Source: Paraphysomonas bandaiensis (lineage: Eukaryota; Protista; Chrysophyceae). Taken from it: a stretch of DNA of 64,000 nucleotides. Position 1 is the stretch's first letter, and each line of letters begins with the position of its first letter. Below, piece by piece: positions 49,698-63,070 of the stretch. Position numbers and translations under genes: made by a program. The notes below the pieces were generated by a model. The model was given only the letters and a program-made list of their open reading frames with translations, searched no databases and was not told the origin of the DNA. The stretch is from contig CBFFRP010000419.1 in assembly GCA_965644295.1 (NCBI GenBank), forward strand, positions 124,001 to 188,000, read 5' to 3'.

Positions 49698-50932
49698 TTG
49701 TCTGCACGTCAAATACACGTGAAAGATTAGTCAGCGTAGCTAAACTTATCATCTCCGTCCTGCGCAAAAGTACTCATTGCTCACTCATCCCGATACACTT
49801 GATGTGATTCTATTTTCAAGAGCTAATCGCCACTTGTGGCCTGATGCACACATCTTTCAAATAATAGTGAATTGAAGACATACATTGTGAATATGGCGTT
49901 AATGCGAGTATTGGAATGGTGTTAGGCATTACAGTTTGTGATAAGCTCATGTACTCTTAAAAAACAGTACTAGAAATGAAGTGAACGTAAGTAATTAGCA
50001 ACGGACAACTTATATATATTAATGCTATTGCAATATATTGTAATATGTATATTGCAATACATTGTAATAGTATCAATAGACTCTTAAAATACAATTGAAC
50101 TAGGTATTGGTGGGACGATACGTCACAATAGTATTGCAATATATTGTTCCCTAGCCCTGATACACACTTTATGTGTGCAGTGTACATATAACATAGACAT
50201 GACATATGTAACAGAGACATATATAAGCTTGCAGTTTATATATGACATACATACATAGATGTTTGAAGTATATATGTGTCACAGACGTGTATTAGTGTGA
50301 AGTATTCATATGGCACATATATATATATGCAGTACATTTGTGACAGAGACACACACATATATATATGGGCAGCATGTATGTAACAGAGACTTATATATGT
50401 AACATATACATATAATTCGCACATATATGTGTGCGCAGTACATATATAGCACATATACGTATACGTTTGTGCAATGTATGTATACTTAAGACGTGTATAT
50501 GTGCAGGACACATGCGACAGAGAGATCTATAAGTGTGACATTCACAACAATGAAACATTCGGGAGGTGACAAGCAGATGTAAGATGTCGCCACTTTCACA
50601 ACACCCATCATTCACACCATTTCCCATCACTTAAAGTCTGTCTCTGTTGGTTGGGATCGTGGAATCTCAGTTGCGGGAGAGGTGAAATGCGAGGGACAGA
50701 ACGGAGCAGTATTTAGCTCAAACCCCACAACAATTTGGATAATTTGGAAGAGCAGAGCAAGATAAACATGAGGATATGCTGATAGGTGTGGATGGTTTTG
50801 TATCAGTAGAGATACGGAATGACAAAGATGGATATGATCATAATAATCACTCAAAATACAAACTGAAGAGAGAAACTGAAAAAAAGGGAATGACACGGTT
50901 TTGACCGATGACATGGTTTTGACCGACAGTGG
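49698..50932 (-). repeat. Right terminal inverted repeat (1,235 bp)
   Basis: Reverse complement of 41639-42873. Confidence 0.95.
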
Positions 50933-51123
50933 TATCCATGGCATGATATTGGGGTATTCCTACAACAAAAATCCAAGTGTGTATTTTTGTAGAGGTTCGA
51001 TGAAGTGTATGAAAATACGCGGAATAATCTACTGCCTCATATGTACAGCAGCTCCCCATATATATATATGGTTATAATACTATTCAACAACCATATCATC
51101 TTACCATCAATCAATTCACATCT

Positions 51124-52220
51124 ATGCCTTCCCTTGCATCTGTGCGTTCATTCAATGCCTCGAAGTCTCTTCAGGGCAAGAGCTGTATCGTAGTGGGCGG
51201 GACATCAGGTGATAACATGTACATATATAGACGTATTATCGTGTGAATGTATAGTCATGTAAGCATATGTATACATTAGCTGACGATATCTTCAACATAT
51301 AGTCATATATGATAACTGCTTATCGAGTGCGTATTTCCATATATATATAGATAGATAGATACGCAAACAGTCCATTCCTGCTGATTTGTTTCATTTAAGG
51401 GATCGGAAGGGGCATTGCACTGAGACTGGCTCAAGCGGATGCTTCAGTGACGATTATTGGTAGAAACAAAGAAGCCGGTAACCAGATCGTACAAGAGATG
51501 ACAAACGTGGCATCAAGTCAAACCCCAAAACCAAAGTTTGATTTTATTCAATGTGATGCACAGACTCTGGGAAACGTTAAATCATGTTCAGAAAAATGCT
51601 TGCAAGACAACAATCGACTGGACATGTTAGTGCTAACACAGGGAATCGCATCTGTCAATGGCTACACGCCCACTCCTGACGGCATCGAGCGGAAACTGGC
51701 CATACATTATTACAGTCGTGTGGCGTTCATAAAGTGTCTGCTTCCGCTTATGGAATCTTCGTCTGATACCCCACAAGTGATGAGCGTTTTAAGTGCGGGT
51801 GTTCACTCTCCGTACCCCCACTTTGATGTTGATCCTGATCTTGAACGCAACTTCTCCATTAAAAACGCTGCAGACGCTGCTGGGTTGTACAATGATGTTG
51901 CAATGGACTCACTCAGTAGAGAACATTCTAAGGTGACATTCATACACACTTGCCCTGGGGCTGTCCAGACAGCCTGGGGCTCGGAGTTTCCGTGGTATTT
52001 GAAAGCCCCACTGAGGGTTCTGCAGAGTTTCTTTCGTTCAGTCGAGGACTGCGCTGAATTTCATGCCCACACTTTGATGAGACCGGAGTACCAGGCTGGT
52101 GGTTTTCATCTTGTTGATCAGAATGCAGAAAAGACGAAGGTCACCTCAATGCACGAGCCTGCACTGGAGCCGGTGTGGAAGCATACAAAGGAGGTGCTTG
52201 CCAAATATGGAATTGAGTAA
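51124..52220 (+). CDS. Short-chain dehydrogenase/reductase, 2 exons
   Basis: MPSLASVRSFN...IVVGGTS|GIGRGIA (Rossmann GxxxGIG motif split by an intron), LDMLVLTQG, and HTCPGAVQT. Confidence 0.85.
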
Positions 52221-53521
52221 TTTTTTCCGTTCACCAGTATTTGGCGTGCGCATTGTCTTGAGCATTGTGTATGATATCTCCCGCCATACACAATATTTTG
52301 TGTACCTTTTATACTGACACTAATGTACTAATATCTAATTTGTCTAAAGAAGAGTTGGTTAGATATCCTTAGACCTTAGATAAAGATATCGAGATGAGAC
52401 AACGCTTATTAAATGTCGGTTATATTTTCGCTTCTACACATAACACGTACACATGTACTTATCAACTGAACAGCACTTACTTCTATTCACACTTAGTTAT
52501 ATACATATATTAAACACTTTAGTAAGTTAATATTTCACTGTGTTTTATCCCCTTATACATGATATCCATATAGATTGACTTTCGTTTGGTTTCCACCTCT
52601 CTACCTTATATTTCCGTCTGACTAGAGACTAGATTGTTGATAAGTTTCACTAATATACCTCTATTTAGAATTCTATGTTAGAATATGTGACGGTAAACCT
52701 TAGACTTGCTAATATCGAAGAAAATTAAGATTCAAATAGCACCACTGATAGAATTCCGCATCGTTGGTCGTAGAGTAGTCAAGTAGTAAAGTATACGAGT
52801 ATACCTACACAGAATTGATCACTGGGTGTATATTATATATAGGTAGTATGATATTCTTAAGTTAGATACAAAGGAAGACATCCATATACACACATACATA
52901 TCTTTCTACCCCTAAAAACAATCTTAATAACTCTTATTTAACTATATTTCGATTGCATATATACACAAACCATTCTATGGGTCGTCACGCTATGAATCAA
53001 TAGATGTCTTTCGATCTACTTGATAATGAGGCTACTATATCGACATCCCTGTTGTATCAACATCATCGTCATTGCCATGGGCCGGAAGATGTAGCTAGCT
53101 ATGAATGATAATGCAGCTCCATAACGACACCTCTTAAAGTACGGTGTACGGGGGATGTACGGGGGGTGTACGGAGGGGGGGTGTATGTTGGATATGTGCT
53201 GTGTATACGTATATATGTACACTGCAGTATATGATCATAGCTATACGTAGAATACTCATAGCATATACACGACTGTACTGTACCTGTATATACGGCATTT
53301 CTCTTATGTTAGTGGGCTGTTATAGAACCAGCAGTATGTATATCAGTCTAATTCCACTGCTCTACACCTGCTGATTACAGTTAGATATATGACCATCCAC
53401 TCCTTAATATCAATGACTTCAAGCCCATGTAACTGATCTCTAGCATATATATTCGTATCTATATATATATATATACTACTCGCTACTGAAATACATCAGG
53501 AGCAGTAGATCACGCTATTAT

Positions 53522-54347
53522 ATGAGTAAATACAGCTACAGTTCACTTGGATGTTTTGCATGGGGTGGTTCAACTCCCTCTGCAGTCTCACCATATAAAA
53601 CTAGAGGTCGTAAGCCCTCACAGCATACAGGAGCCACTATGAAGGTGCCGAAGAGGGTCTCTGTACATCCAGTGGAGTCTCCGACCTCTATCAAGCCCAC
53701 TCCTCAGAGGAAATTGAGTCATTCTAAGAGTGGGAAGGTAGTATGTGATAAGTGTGATGGAGCTCATGAGACTTCGAGCTGTCCGCACTACAGGAAAGAC
53801 CGGGAAAGACATCCCGACGCCCAGAAGAACTTTTACAAGAAGTTAGGGGGGAAATCGAATCTTCCCGGTGCTGTCATTCGAAATGGCCGTGTGATTAGGC
53901 AGCCGGGTGATGGCAGTTGCTTATTCCATAGTATGAGTTATGGATTGCGAGATGGTTCAAGTGCATCAAGCCTCCGCCGCGAGATATGCGCCTTTATTGT
54001 TCGCCACCCCAAAATGGAGATCGCAGACACTCCATTGTCAGATTGGATCCGGTGGGACTCCGGAGGATCAGTTGGGAGCTATACGAGAAGGATGTCGATG
54101 GGGGCATGGGGTGGTGGAATCGAGATGGCAGCTGTCTCCATGATGCGCGGGGTGAATATACACGTATATGAGCGGTCGGGTCTTGGATTTACTCGTATAT
54201 CGGCATTCGACCACCCGGATTCACCTGAAACCAAAAAGACTGTTCGGGTGTTATACTGTGGAGGAGTACATTACGGTATGTTACCCATAATTATCTGTCA
54301 TTATATAGCCACTAACTCCTTGTGTAGATGCTTTATCAGCGAGTTAA
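53522..54347 (+). CDS. OTU-domain deubiquitinase with CCHC-type knuckle
   Basis: QPGDGSCLFHS (catalytic Cys), WGGGIEM and GGVHY; intron 54276-54327 restores HYDAL. CDKCDGAHETSSCPH lies upstream. Confidence 0.85.
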
Positions 54348-54868
54348 GTGTTACCAATACGATGACCCAAAAATACGATAATATGTTCTAATGTAAATAG
54401 AGATGTATATTTTAGACCCGTATTTGCAATGCAATGCTAATTGCACAAATGCCGTTTGCTCCATGTTGCATTTATGTGAATTTTACGTGGAATAAGCGTA
54501 TTGATAGGTACAGTACGTACAGTGATGAATGATCTTTGTTGCGAAGCTTACATTGAAGGGAGTTCGATAAGCTTAATTTCGTATTTCTACCAGCAGTAAA
54601 TTATGCTTTAGCCATTAAATTTCTAGGAGTATGATATTACGAATAATGCGTAATGTATTGGGGGCTCCCTAACAACTAATTATACATATGGGAAACTTCT
54701 ATTGTGAAAGGCTAATTTAGTAAGAAAGAAATGTTTGTAGTGCAACAGAAGAACTGCTTATATAGACTGAGATGACAGTGATGTGATAAGACACACTGAG
54801 TATACTTATCGACAGTTATCGAAACGCAAACCGGATTAAGTATTGAATCGTACTGCTTATATCTTGTA

Positions 54869-55879
54869 TTAGGTTTTCATTCGTTCAGTAATTATCTTAT
54901 TTATTTCAACCAATGCATCTTTACATCGTGCTTGTATTCCGATACTATGCGGACTGCATGCACGAATATGTTCATCTATATTAGCCTCATCCTTGTTTAT
55001 CCGTATCAGCACACCAGACACTGTAGCACCAGACTTGGATTGGAGAGCACATACATCTGTCACAACCTGCTCCACCTCATTTCTAACACTTGGAACTCTG
55101 AGTCCACATCCTAGCTCAAGGACGACCAACTTACCACCGCCAGCAGCAAGGAATTTTTCGACAGAGTCCTCCCACTCCTGATATGTGTCTGTCTTCGACC
55201 AAATACGAGGAAGAACAGCGGGGCATGAGTCGCCAAACATCAGTACACAAGGTCGCAACGGATACGAGCAGATCGGACAAACAGGAGTAGATGGGTATGG
55301 AGGTGAGGGCGTTCGGTAGACACATTCCCGACATTGTGCCAAGCTAATTTCAGAGCGACCATTTATCCAATTATTAAATTTATCTCCCAATCGTGGAGTA
55401 ATAATATGTTCTCCAGACTCCGTTCTTTGTACCCAATGCCCAATCGATGAGCTACATATACTCTCTTCCAAGCAACCATGCATTTCACAGAGGAACTCAT
55501 TCAATAATTCAAATTTCCTAAAATGTCCATCTACATTAGAAGTGTACACATACCAGGGATTGGGACTTGTTAAATTTCTAGTATTCATATGAGGTAAATT
55601 AGAGACCCACGAGTTCAATATAGAGTAACCGTCATGAGGTATATGTGATCTGTAGTCATCAATACAATCACCCCAAAATTTCCAAAATAACTCTATATTA
55701 TCAATAATAAGATTAGTATCCGCTAAATCAGAGTAGTTGATGTCTTTATCTGCATAGAATTTGTTGCGAGCGACATCATTATATACAGGCAGCCCTGTAT
55801 CCGCACTAAACCCTGCTCCTGCAGCAATAAGAATAAAATCTGCTGTAAGAATATGTTCTGCAGCTTCTTGTAGCTCCAT
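54869..55879 (-). CDS. Sirtuin (SIR2-family NAD-dependent deacylase), intronless
   Basis: AGAGFSADTGLP, TSNVDGHF, EMHG, CPIC, LRPCVLMFGD, ELGCG and LIRIN motifs. Confidence 0.9.
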   Translation of the reverse strand: MELQEAAEHILTADFILIAAGAGFSADTGLPVYNDVARNKFYADKDINYSDLADTNLIIDNIELFWKFWGDCIDDYRSHIPHDGYSILNSWVSNLPHMNTRNLTSPNPWYVYTSNVDGHFRKFELLNEFLCEMHGCLEESICSSSIGHWVQRTESGEHIITPRLGDKFNNWINGRSEISLAQCRECVYRTPSPPYPSTPVCPICSYPLRPCVLMFGDSCPAVLPRIWSKTDTYQEWEDSVEKFLAAGGGKLVVLELGCGLRVPSVRNEVEQVVTDVCALQSKSGATVSGVLIRINKDEANIDEHIRACSPHSIGIQARCKDALVEINKIITERMKT

Positions 55880-56190
55880 TGTGAATGTAACTATTAGTGT
55901 GTCATTGTAATATTGCAATGATTATATTGGCAATGGTGTGATATAGTAACTGTGTGCATTGATATGTGGACATAATTAAGTACCCACTATGCACTGCTGT
56001 CCAATCAATAAGGAAATGATTCGACTACAGTGGAGAAGTGTACTGTTGTACATGTATTACGGTACACTTGTGACTGTTGTGGTACATTTTGTAGAGTTTA
56101 CAGTCGTATAATTGTACTACTGCACTACATGAGTACAGCAGGACAACAGGCGTAGAAATGGACAGCAATGTACCCACATACATACCACTG

Positions 56191-56360
56191 GGGGTGGTTG
56201 TGCATATCGATTTCATCGATTTGTTCATCGTTTATTTCATCGAAAAATCATCGTTTTTTCAGTGAAAAGTGAAAAAAGTGACTTTTTATTGAAAAAACGA
56301 TGATTTTTCGATGAAATAAACGATGAACAAATCGATGAAATCGATATGCACAACCACCCC
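56191..56360. mobile_element. 170-bp palindromic MITE, PIF/Harbinger-like, TSD CTG
   Basis: 71-bp perfect inverted repeats GGGGTGGTTG...CAACCACCCC, with CTG directly flanking both ends. Confidence 0.75.
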
Positions 56361-56433
56361 CTGTACAATACTACCACACTCTGCATCTATATATACATAT
56401 ACATGGACATGATCATATATAACAACAAACACC

Positions 56434-58480
56434 ATGACACCAAACACACACGCCTCTCTCCCAGAAGACATCCTCACCCACCTTCCTTCTATCATTTCCC
56501 CCCCTCACAACATCACACAAGACTCTCTTCACTTCATCATTACACTTAAAAATAATTTAATTCAATCGAATAAACTCTTAACTAAAATACACAATAAATC
56601 CAAACTAAGGAAAGAAAAAGACAAGAAAGTTCCACCAGGAAGTAATGAAGTCCAACGTTCTTTATTTGATAAACGTTATATTTTATGTTTACTATGTATA
56701 AATATCGCAAAATCATATGAGTTGATATATAGTGATACCGATACAGTCATATCGTCATTGAGAGAGGCTTTAATATGGTTTCCTAAATCAATTGAAGCGG
56801 GATTACTCTTAGGACAGTTTCTGAAACCAATTGTTGCAAATGAAGAGCAGTTATTGGATGTTGAGAATATTTGGTGGAAGGCTGTATCAGCGACCCAGTC
56901 GTTGGCTCCTGTGGATACTATCGCTGAAGATGGTGAAGTGAAATGTGTGGATGTCAATCGTCTTGCTGGACAATTGTATCAAAGAGAGAAAATAGCTTCA
57001 GAGAAAGCTACTGAACTGCTTATACTACACTACTGTCAGAATGATAAGTACGACATGGCACTACCTCTTCTGATTAGGGGACGTTTTATATACAAGCTCT
57101 CACAGCATGTCTTATGTTACCCTTTAAGCACTACTACACCCCAGGACTGTAATGGTCCTGTTGATACCGTTAGTGAGTGCTCGTATGCAATGGGAGCTGA
57201 CAACGTTCTTCCTGTGTATATGCTTCGTGCTCTTCAGCATATTTTCCGACCAACTTCCCCGTTCTGGTCAGAGCATTCTTATGACTTCTACTCCAATGCC
57301 AGTCTACAAGTAGGGTACTTTTCGTATCTCTATCCTCTTCGGACGCAGCCAACGCCATGCAATGCAATTGAACAGGTTATTGATCGAATATTTGATATTG
57401 TAAAAATAAAATTTCCTAGTGTGGCGAGGGACACGAATATAGGTAGTGAAACGTTAGTATATAATGTGCAATGAACATTTGCATGCAATGCTTGCTCTGT
57501 GAAATAACATATTCTAATACATGCTGTTTTATATATCATTTGGTGATACGTCTAACTATGTATGTGTCGATATGAACAGCTGAATGGTGGGTTCACAGTC
57601 GACCGCATTCATGTGGTCATCAGTTCCATTATGATTCGGATGAAACAGCACTCTATGCTGGTCGTCAGGCACAACACCCGCTAATATCTTGTATTCTCTA
57701 CCTTACAGAAAGGTTTGTCTTTTATTTTATATTTGAATGCTATTCACTGAAGAGTAGCGCATGTGAACTCTGCTTCATATATTTTTCTGAACTGTAATGC
57801 TGCATGTTCTCATGTAGGTATGAAGTAGATGGTGAGGAGTGTGTGGTGGGAGGACCTACAGTGGTAACTAATCAGACTCTACAGAGCGAAGGATTGGCTA
57901 CTGAGGGGTTCATGTTTCTACCGCGGGAGAACCGGCTAGTCTCGTTTGATGCAAAACACTTACACGGTAAGTCGAACGACAACATTCCTTTTCTGATGAT
58001 CACTATTTAGTTGCACATATTTGCCTGTCCATATATAGTGTTAATCCTTGTTTTATGACTTCAGGGGTGGTTCCCGGTCGTGGTGTCTGTTCTGCTCCTC
58101 CACGTAGCCGTAGAGTAACCTTCATGGTCGGTTTCTGGAAGCGCATTCAGTCTGTATTTCTTCCTGAGGGCTGCGCAGGTCCCGGCCAACCTTTTCCAGG
58201 CACGTATAGAGAGTACTTCAAAGGCATCCACGAAGGATACCAAGGGTCTACTAGTCCTGAATCTTACAATGTTAATAGCGAGTCACAGCAGCAGAAGTAT
58301 ACGTGGCATCAAGAGATGGGACTACTCCAATCCCCTGATTCCGAAGTGGATGCCACAGGATGCAGCCCAGTTTCACCAATAGCTATTCCCAACATATGGG
58401 AACCTGTAGTAGCCAACTCAAGTGACGAACCCTCTACCATGATTAAGGCACATTACAAATCTTGTTTTCAGGGCTTTTAA
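56434..58480 (+). CDS. 2OG-Fe(II) oxygenase-like protein with helical (TPR-like) N-terminus, multi-exon
   Basis: EWWVH...HQFHYDSDE (HxD), ISCILYL, GGPT, NRLVSFDAKHLHGV (distal His) and RVTFMVGFW (Arg). Confidence 0.7.
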
Positions 58481-59110
58481 TCGCTAAATATAATAATATA
58501 TAGACGTTGGACTGAGTGTATATACGTAGCTGTTAAGGTATTATGGTGAACATATAAGTGCAGAGTATACAATTAAATAATAGCAGGCTGAATATGGATA
58601 TGGCTTTGAAACCTGATAGATACTAGATACATAGCCGCCTAATGTCTAAGATACTGTCTGTTAGTAGTTTTTCTAATTTTCAGGTAGGTCTGTCACAACA
58701 TTCCTAGTTTAGCTGAAATACAACACGTACATTTTCCTAAGACATAACTGTGAAGTTTACGTTAAAAACAATGTGAAAAATGCTGTTACGCGGGTGTTGA
58801 GTTTTATGCGAAATAAAGCAATAATAATCTATCACTAATAATCGTTAGCGACCTGAGTGATCTATGAGTGAAAGTCAGTAGCTTCTACATAACTCTAAAC
58901 TCTAATTAATGTGTATCTTCATATTACTTCATTTAGTTATGAATAGATAGATTTCGTAGGAAATAAAATACCAGAAATGATGTACCTATCTTCATTTCAC
59001 CAGCCAGCCAGCATAAATTTAAATTAACAACAGCGAATAATATTGTAATAAAACTTTTATATTGTCTTCCTATCTCCCTGTATTATTCTCATCGTAACCG
59101 TCGTAAACAT

Positions 59111-61268
59111 CTATGAATCGCGCTCCAAAGCCACTATATCGCTGCACATAATAGCAATTAAAATATATGGAAGTATATCACCATATCACGTACTTCGGTT
59201 CATCTATTCCAAGTTCGAGTTTAGTCTGAGACATAATATAACCACTACCGCACACCAAGAGTGCCCCTGCATACTCGCCTTGCTGGTAAGCACCCTGAGA
59301 ACACTCCAGAAACATCTGTCCAAGAACACGACGGAGCATTGTGTTAGTTCCTTCACTCGTTCGTGTGAACGATGATGAAGCGGGGTCAAACAAAACTGAA
59401 CCTTTTAGTTCCACTGGAACCGATGTGGAAGTATGAGAATCAGAGGAAGGCAAATTTTCAGTGTGAACTTTGGATACTATATTTTCTAGCTCAGTGGTAG
59501 ATAACGCCCTAAAGTTACTAGACTACAAACAAATCAGACCAAAGTATTGTTGTACAACAATTTCATTCTACAAAATGATAACTACCTGAACAAAATGGAT
59601 TTTATCCACCGGTACAAGGGAGCTCAGTAGGCGAAGACAGGTGTTCGCATCCTTATCCCGTGACATCCCGCATAGAACTCTACATGCAGGATATATTACC
59701 AGTGAAATAGACTACTCACAGGCCAGAGCATGTAGGGACAAGGAAATTACATACCGGACAGGCAATCCCCCAAGACGATCCTGAGCTTTGTGGACAAGTG
59801 CCTCTATCGCTGGAGCGTTATGACCGATGTCCAAAATCACCTTTATCTTTACCCTACGTGGTGCAGTAGATGGTTGTTCATCATCGAGTAAGCTGAATAG
59901 AGGCGACACATCAGCTTCGAGACTAATTTCTTCCCAACGACATGGTGGTCTGGCACTAATTATTCGATCCAATATACTAGCGTCTGTGAGGTTCATGGAT
60001 CTTATGAGGCGCTGACCAGAAGTGGAAGGATAGACACTCTCTTCAGTGTTTAATCTTTGTTTCAGCAAACATAGCCCAGCTAATGCTATCTGACTGTTCA
60101 ATATATCTGTGTCAACGTGGCTTGCGTTCACTTTTACAGAACGGTCTCCAGCCTCTTCATTGTGTGATTCGTTTACGGCCACAGTGTCAACTACTTTGGT
60201 AAGAGGATGGGTATTTTTCCGAGGAATCTCTCCGAGGGAGGAAAGTGTATCAAGACTATCGTACAATGAGTGAATAACGCAACCTCTACTCTCTCCCACT
60301 GCCTATAACACAAACTTAAACCCAATCCACCCCAGGCGATACATTGCAGCTCGAAAACATAAGCAACATGGATACAGATAGAAATTATTGAATACGTACT
60401 CTCATCGTACTCTCTACTTCAGAAGGACCAATCAATCCAATACCGCCGCGTTTAAATATTCCACTCTTTGTTGTAGCTATCTTCTCAAGGGTGTCCCCCA
60501 GAATACGCATGTGATCCATACCTGATGTGGACATAACAGCTCCCGTTAATATAAGTAATTTCCCGATGATTACACCCACCAACGGAACAAATAACAGCCA
60601 GTGCAGAAGAAATGACATTCGTGGCATCCCATTCTCCACCAACTCCGACCTGAGATGTATTAGAGCAATAAATACACTGGACAGGTGGTGTACCTCCAAA
60701 ACGACTGCATCACACTTCGCGGCCTCAAATCGTAAACAAGACATAATAAATATAATCTCAAAATAAGTTGCTGGAATAGAATGGTCGTTACAAAGACTGA
60801 CAACACGATCCAGGCATGTCTATAGTTTACATCATATTTCGGAATCAGAAATCGTATGTTAAACTAAACATACCACAAAGTCATCTTCAGAAATAAGTTC
60901 CCCATCCACTTGAATTCTTTCACGACAAGAAGCAATATGTGGGCTCACAAACAAACCTGTTCGAACCCCAATACTAGATAGAGTACTTGACATCTTTAGA
61001 CAAGTGCTTCCCTGTTAATCATCGTGTTCAGCTCTCTCTGTATATACATACATATATAAGACACCTTCCCGTTAGTTCCTCCAATATGAATAGTGGGGAT
61101 CCGATCCAGTGGCTTTCCTATGAGTTCATAGAGATGGAATGTATTGGCAAGTGACATGGAACTAGGGGCTAATATGCCCTCAGCTTTCAGTATGGAGTTC
61201 ACGCTATTCAAGTGCTTTAAAGCCGCTGTGTAATTTTTAAATCCTATTCGTGATAAAGGGACTGACAT
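59111..61268 (-). CDS. folC: Folylpolyglutamate synthase / dihydrofolate synthase, multi-exon
   Basis: IHIGGTNGK|GS P-loop, GLFVSPH...RERI, VVLE, DHMRILGDTLEKIA..KSGIFK, ILDIGHN and VCGSGY motifs. Confidence 0.88.
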
Positions 61269-63070
61269 GATAGAATGAATGAAGGTGAGTTGATGTGTTA
61301 CTATGAGGTGGTTATGTAGTGCTTGTGGTGATTGGAGTGGAGTGAGTTGCTTAATATGCATGTATGTATAGGTCCATATAATCATCATACTTGGACGATT
61401 AGCACCTCTTTCACGAATCAAAAGACTATATTATATTTTCTATCTCTATGATTGGATGATATATTATTCAGTGTGATGATAATTCTGCCTGTTGAAGATA
61501 CGATCAAAAATACTGCACTATTTTTATGAATATTTAACGAAAAATCTAGAAATCATGTTCAGAAAAGGAAATTATTGTGAATATCCGGATTTTAAGTACC
61601 CCATTCTAAAAATACCATACAGCAGAGTGATGTCCACTTAACAAGCAGAAGAAGTACGTAGAGCTGGCTAACCCCCCTCAATAGTACTCTATGCAGATGT
61701 TAATGGACATGAAACAGATTGAATCCTTCTATGCTAACAGAGAATATGCTTAAGATGCATTGATAAGAAAAAAGGACGTATTTGTTGCAGAGAGAGCTGC
61801 AAACAGGACAATGATTATGTCCCATTTATTGCTGGCTGTATGTATATATGTATGAAGTATGATCATATGTCTTGAGAGAAAGATGCAATGATCATATGCA
61901 TGTCAATTCAACCACACCATATAGTATGCCCCATATTGGTATTGTGAGTTTCTGAGGACCATCGTAGTGATGGCTGTACTTGGTCATATGCTTCATAGCA
62001 TAGACAATAGGTCTGGTTACTCCATAACGCTTCCGTTAATAACACATTTAACAGGATTTGGCAATACGGTGGAAAGACAAAGCAAGAATTTGTTATATCT
62101 ATCATTTCTGCATTTTGGACCACTGAAGCATTGGTATGGTGTCAGTTCAGTCACGTGGATGTAAAATACAAAAGTATGAACAAGGTTTAATAACCGGAAG
62201 GGGCCTATGAGTTCCCTATTTATTGCTAGATACATGACGGTTATTGCTCAAGAAGATCTGTGTGTCGAATGCATATCTATGAAGGGTAGCTGTGATAATA
62301 TGAATCGGAAGCCTTATTAAACCGAATCAAATGTTTGAATTGTCTGGTCACATTAATTATGATATAACTACCTCATCAAGTAGTTGAGATCTCGTCAGAA
62401 ATTATTTACTAATTGCAACTATTAATATCCACTATTTACGTCTACGTCTTAGCCCTATATATTATATATTATATATTTTATAACTATATATATAATATGC
62501 ATAAATACTATACAGGTGAATACAACAAGATACAATCAAAAAGTACTGCCTGAATCATCATCAGACTATACAAGATATGCCCTTATGTGATTGGTTTTAA
62601 CGTTCATTGCTATTATACTATTAGGTTTTATTCTATGAACGTTTCACTTGTAGTTCTATATTTAATAGCTAACACGAGATATAACTTTCATTAAAAAACA
62701 TATCTAACAGTATATCTTAATTGCAACCATAATGACATAATAGCATATTTCATTACGAGTAGATAATAGTACTCTACTAGGTGTGGTGCTGTTCATACCA
62801 AAATTCAATGAATTACTACTGCCACGTGTTGACAACATTTTTTCTACGCTAGCAAGCCGTGTGTCTCACGATTAATAACAGTTGCAATAAATACGCTACG
62901 TAATGCAGACGTCTGTTGTTAAAACTTGTTAACAACAAATCTATTATTACAGAATCTGACCAGAGTACTATAACATACTACGTTAGCAGCCAGCCAAAAA
63001 GAATCATAACTAGTGGTCCAACGAGAATATATCATAATATATTAATCATGTTATAAATCGCCGAACGAAT

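Larger units (their letters stand above)
41639..50932. mobile_element. Long-TIR (foldback-like) non-autonomous DNA element, 9,294 bp, TSD TATC, with nested Copia
   Basis: 41639-42873 is the reverse complement of 49698-50932 (three substitutions seen by eye). Termini are CCACTGTCGGTC...GACCGACAGTGG, TATC lies on both flanks, and each end has two 18-bp subterminal direct repeats. Confidence 0.85.

Noticed and set aside
41639-50932. Polinton/virophage or other endogenous virus suggested by the long TIRs
   Set aside because: No pPolB, capsid, ATPase or separate integrase; the only coding content is the nested Copia, and the TSD is 4 bp.
5111-54347. Ubiquitin-system gene cluster (USP, F-box, UBL, OTU)
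   Set aside because: The genes are spread over 49 kb among unrelated genes, and these families are abundant enough for this to be chance.
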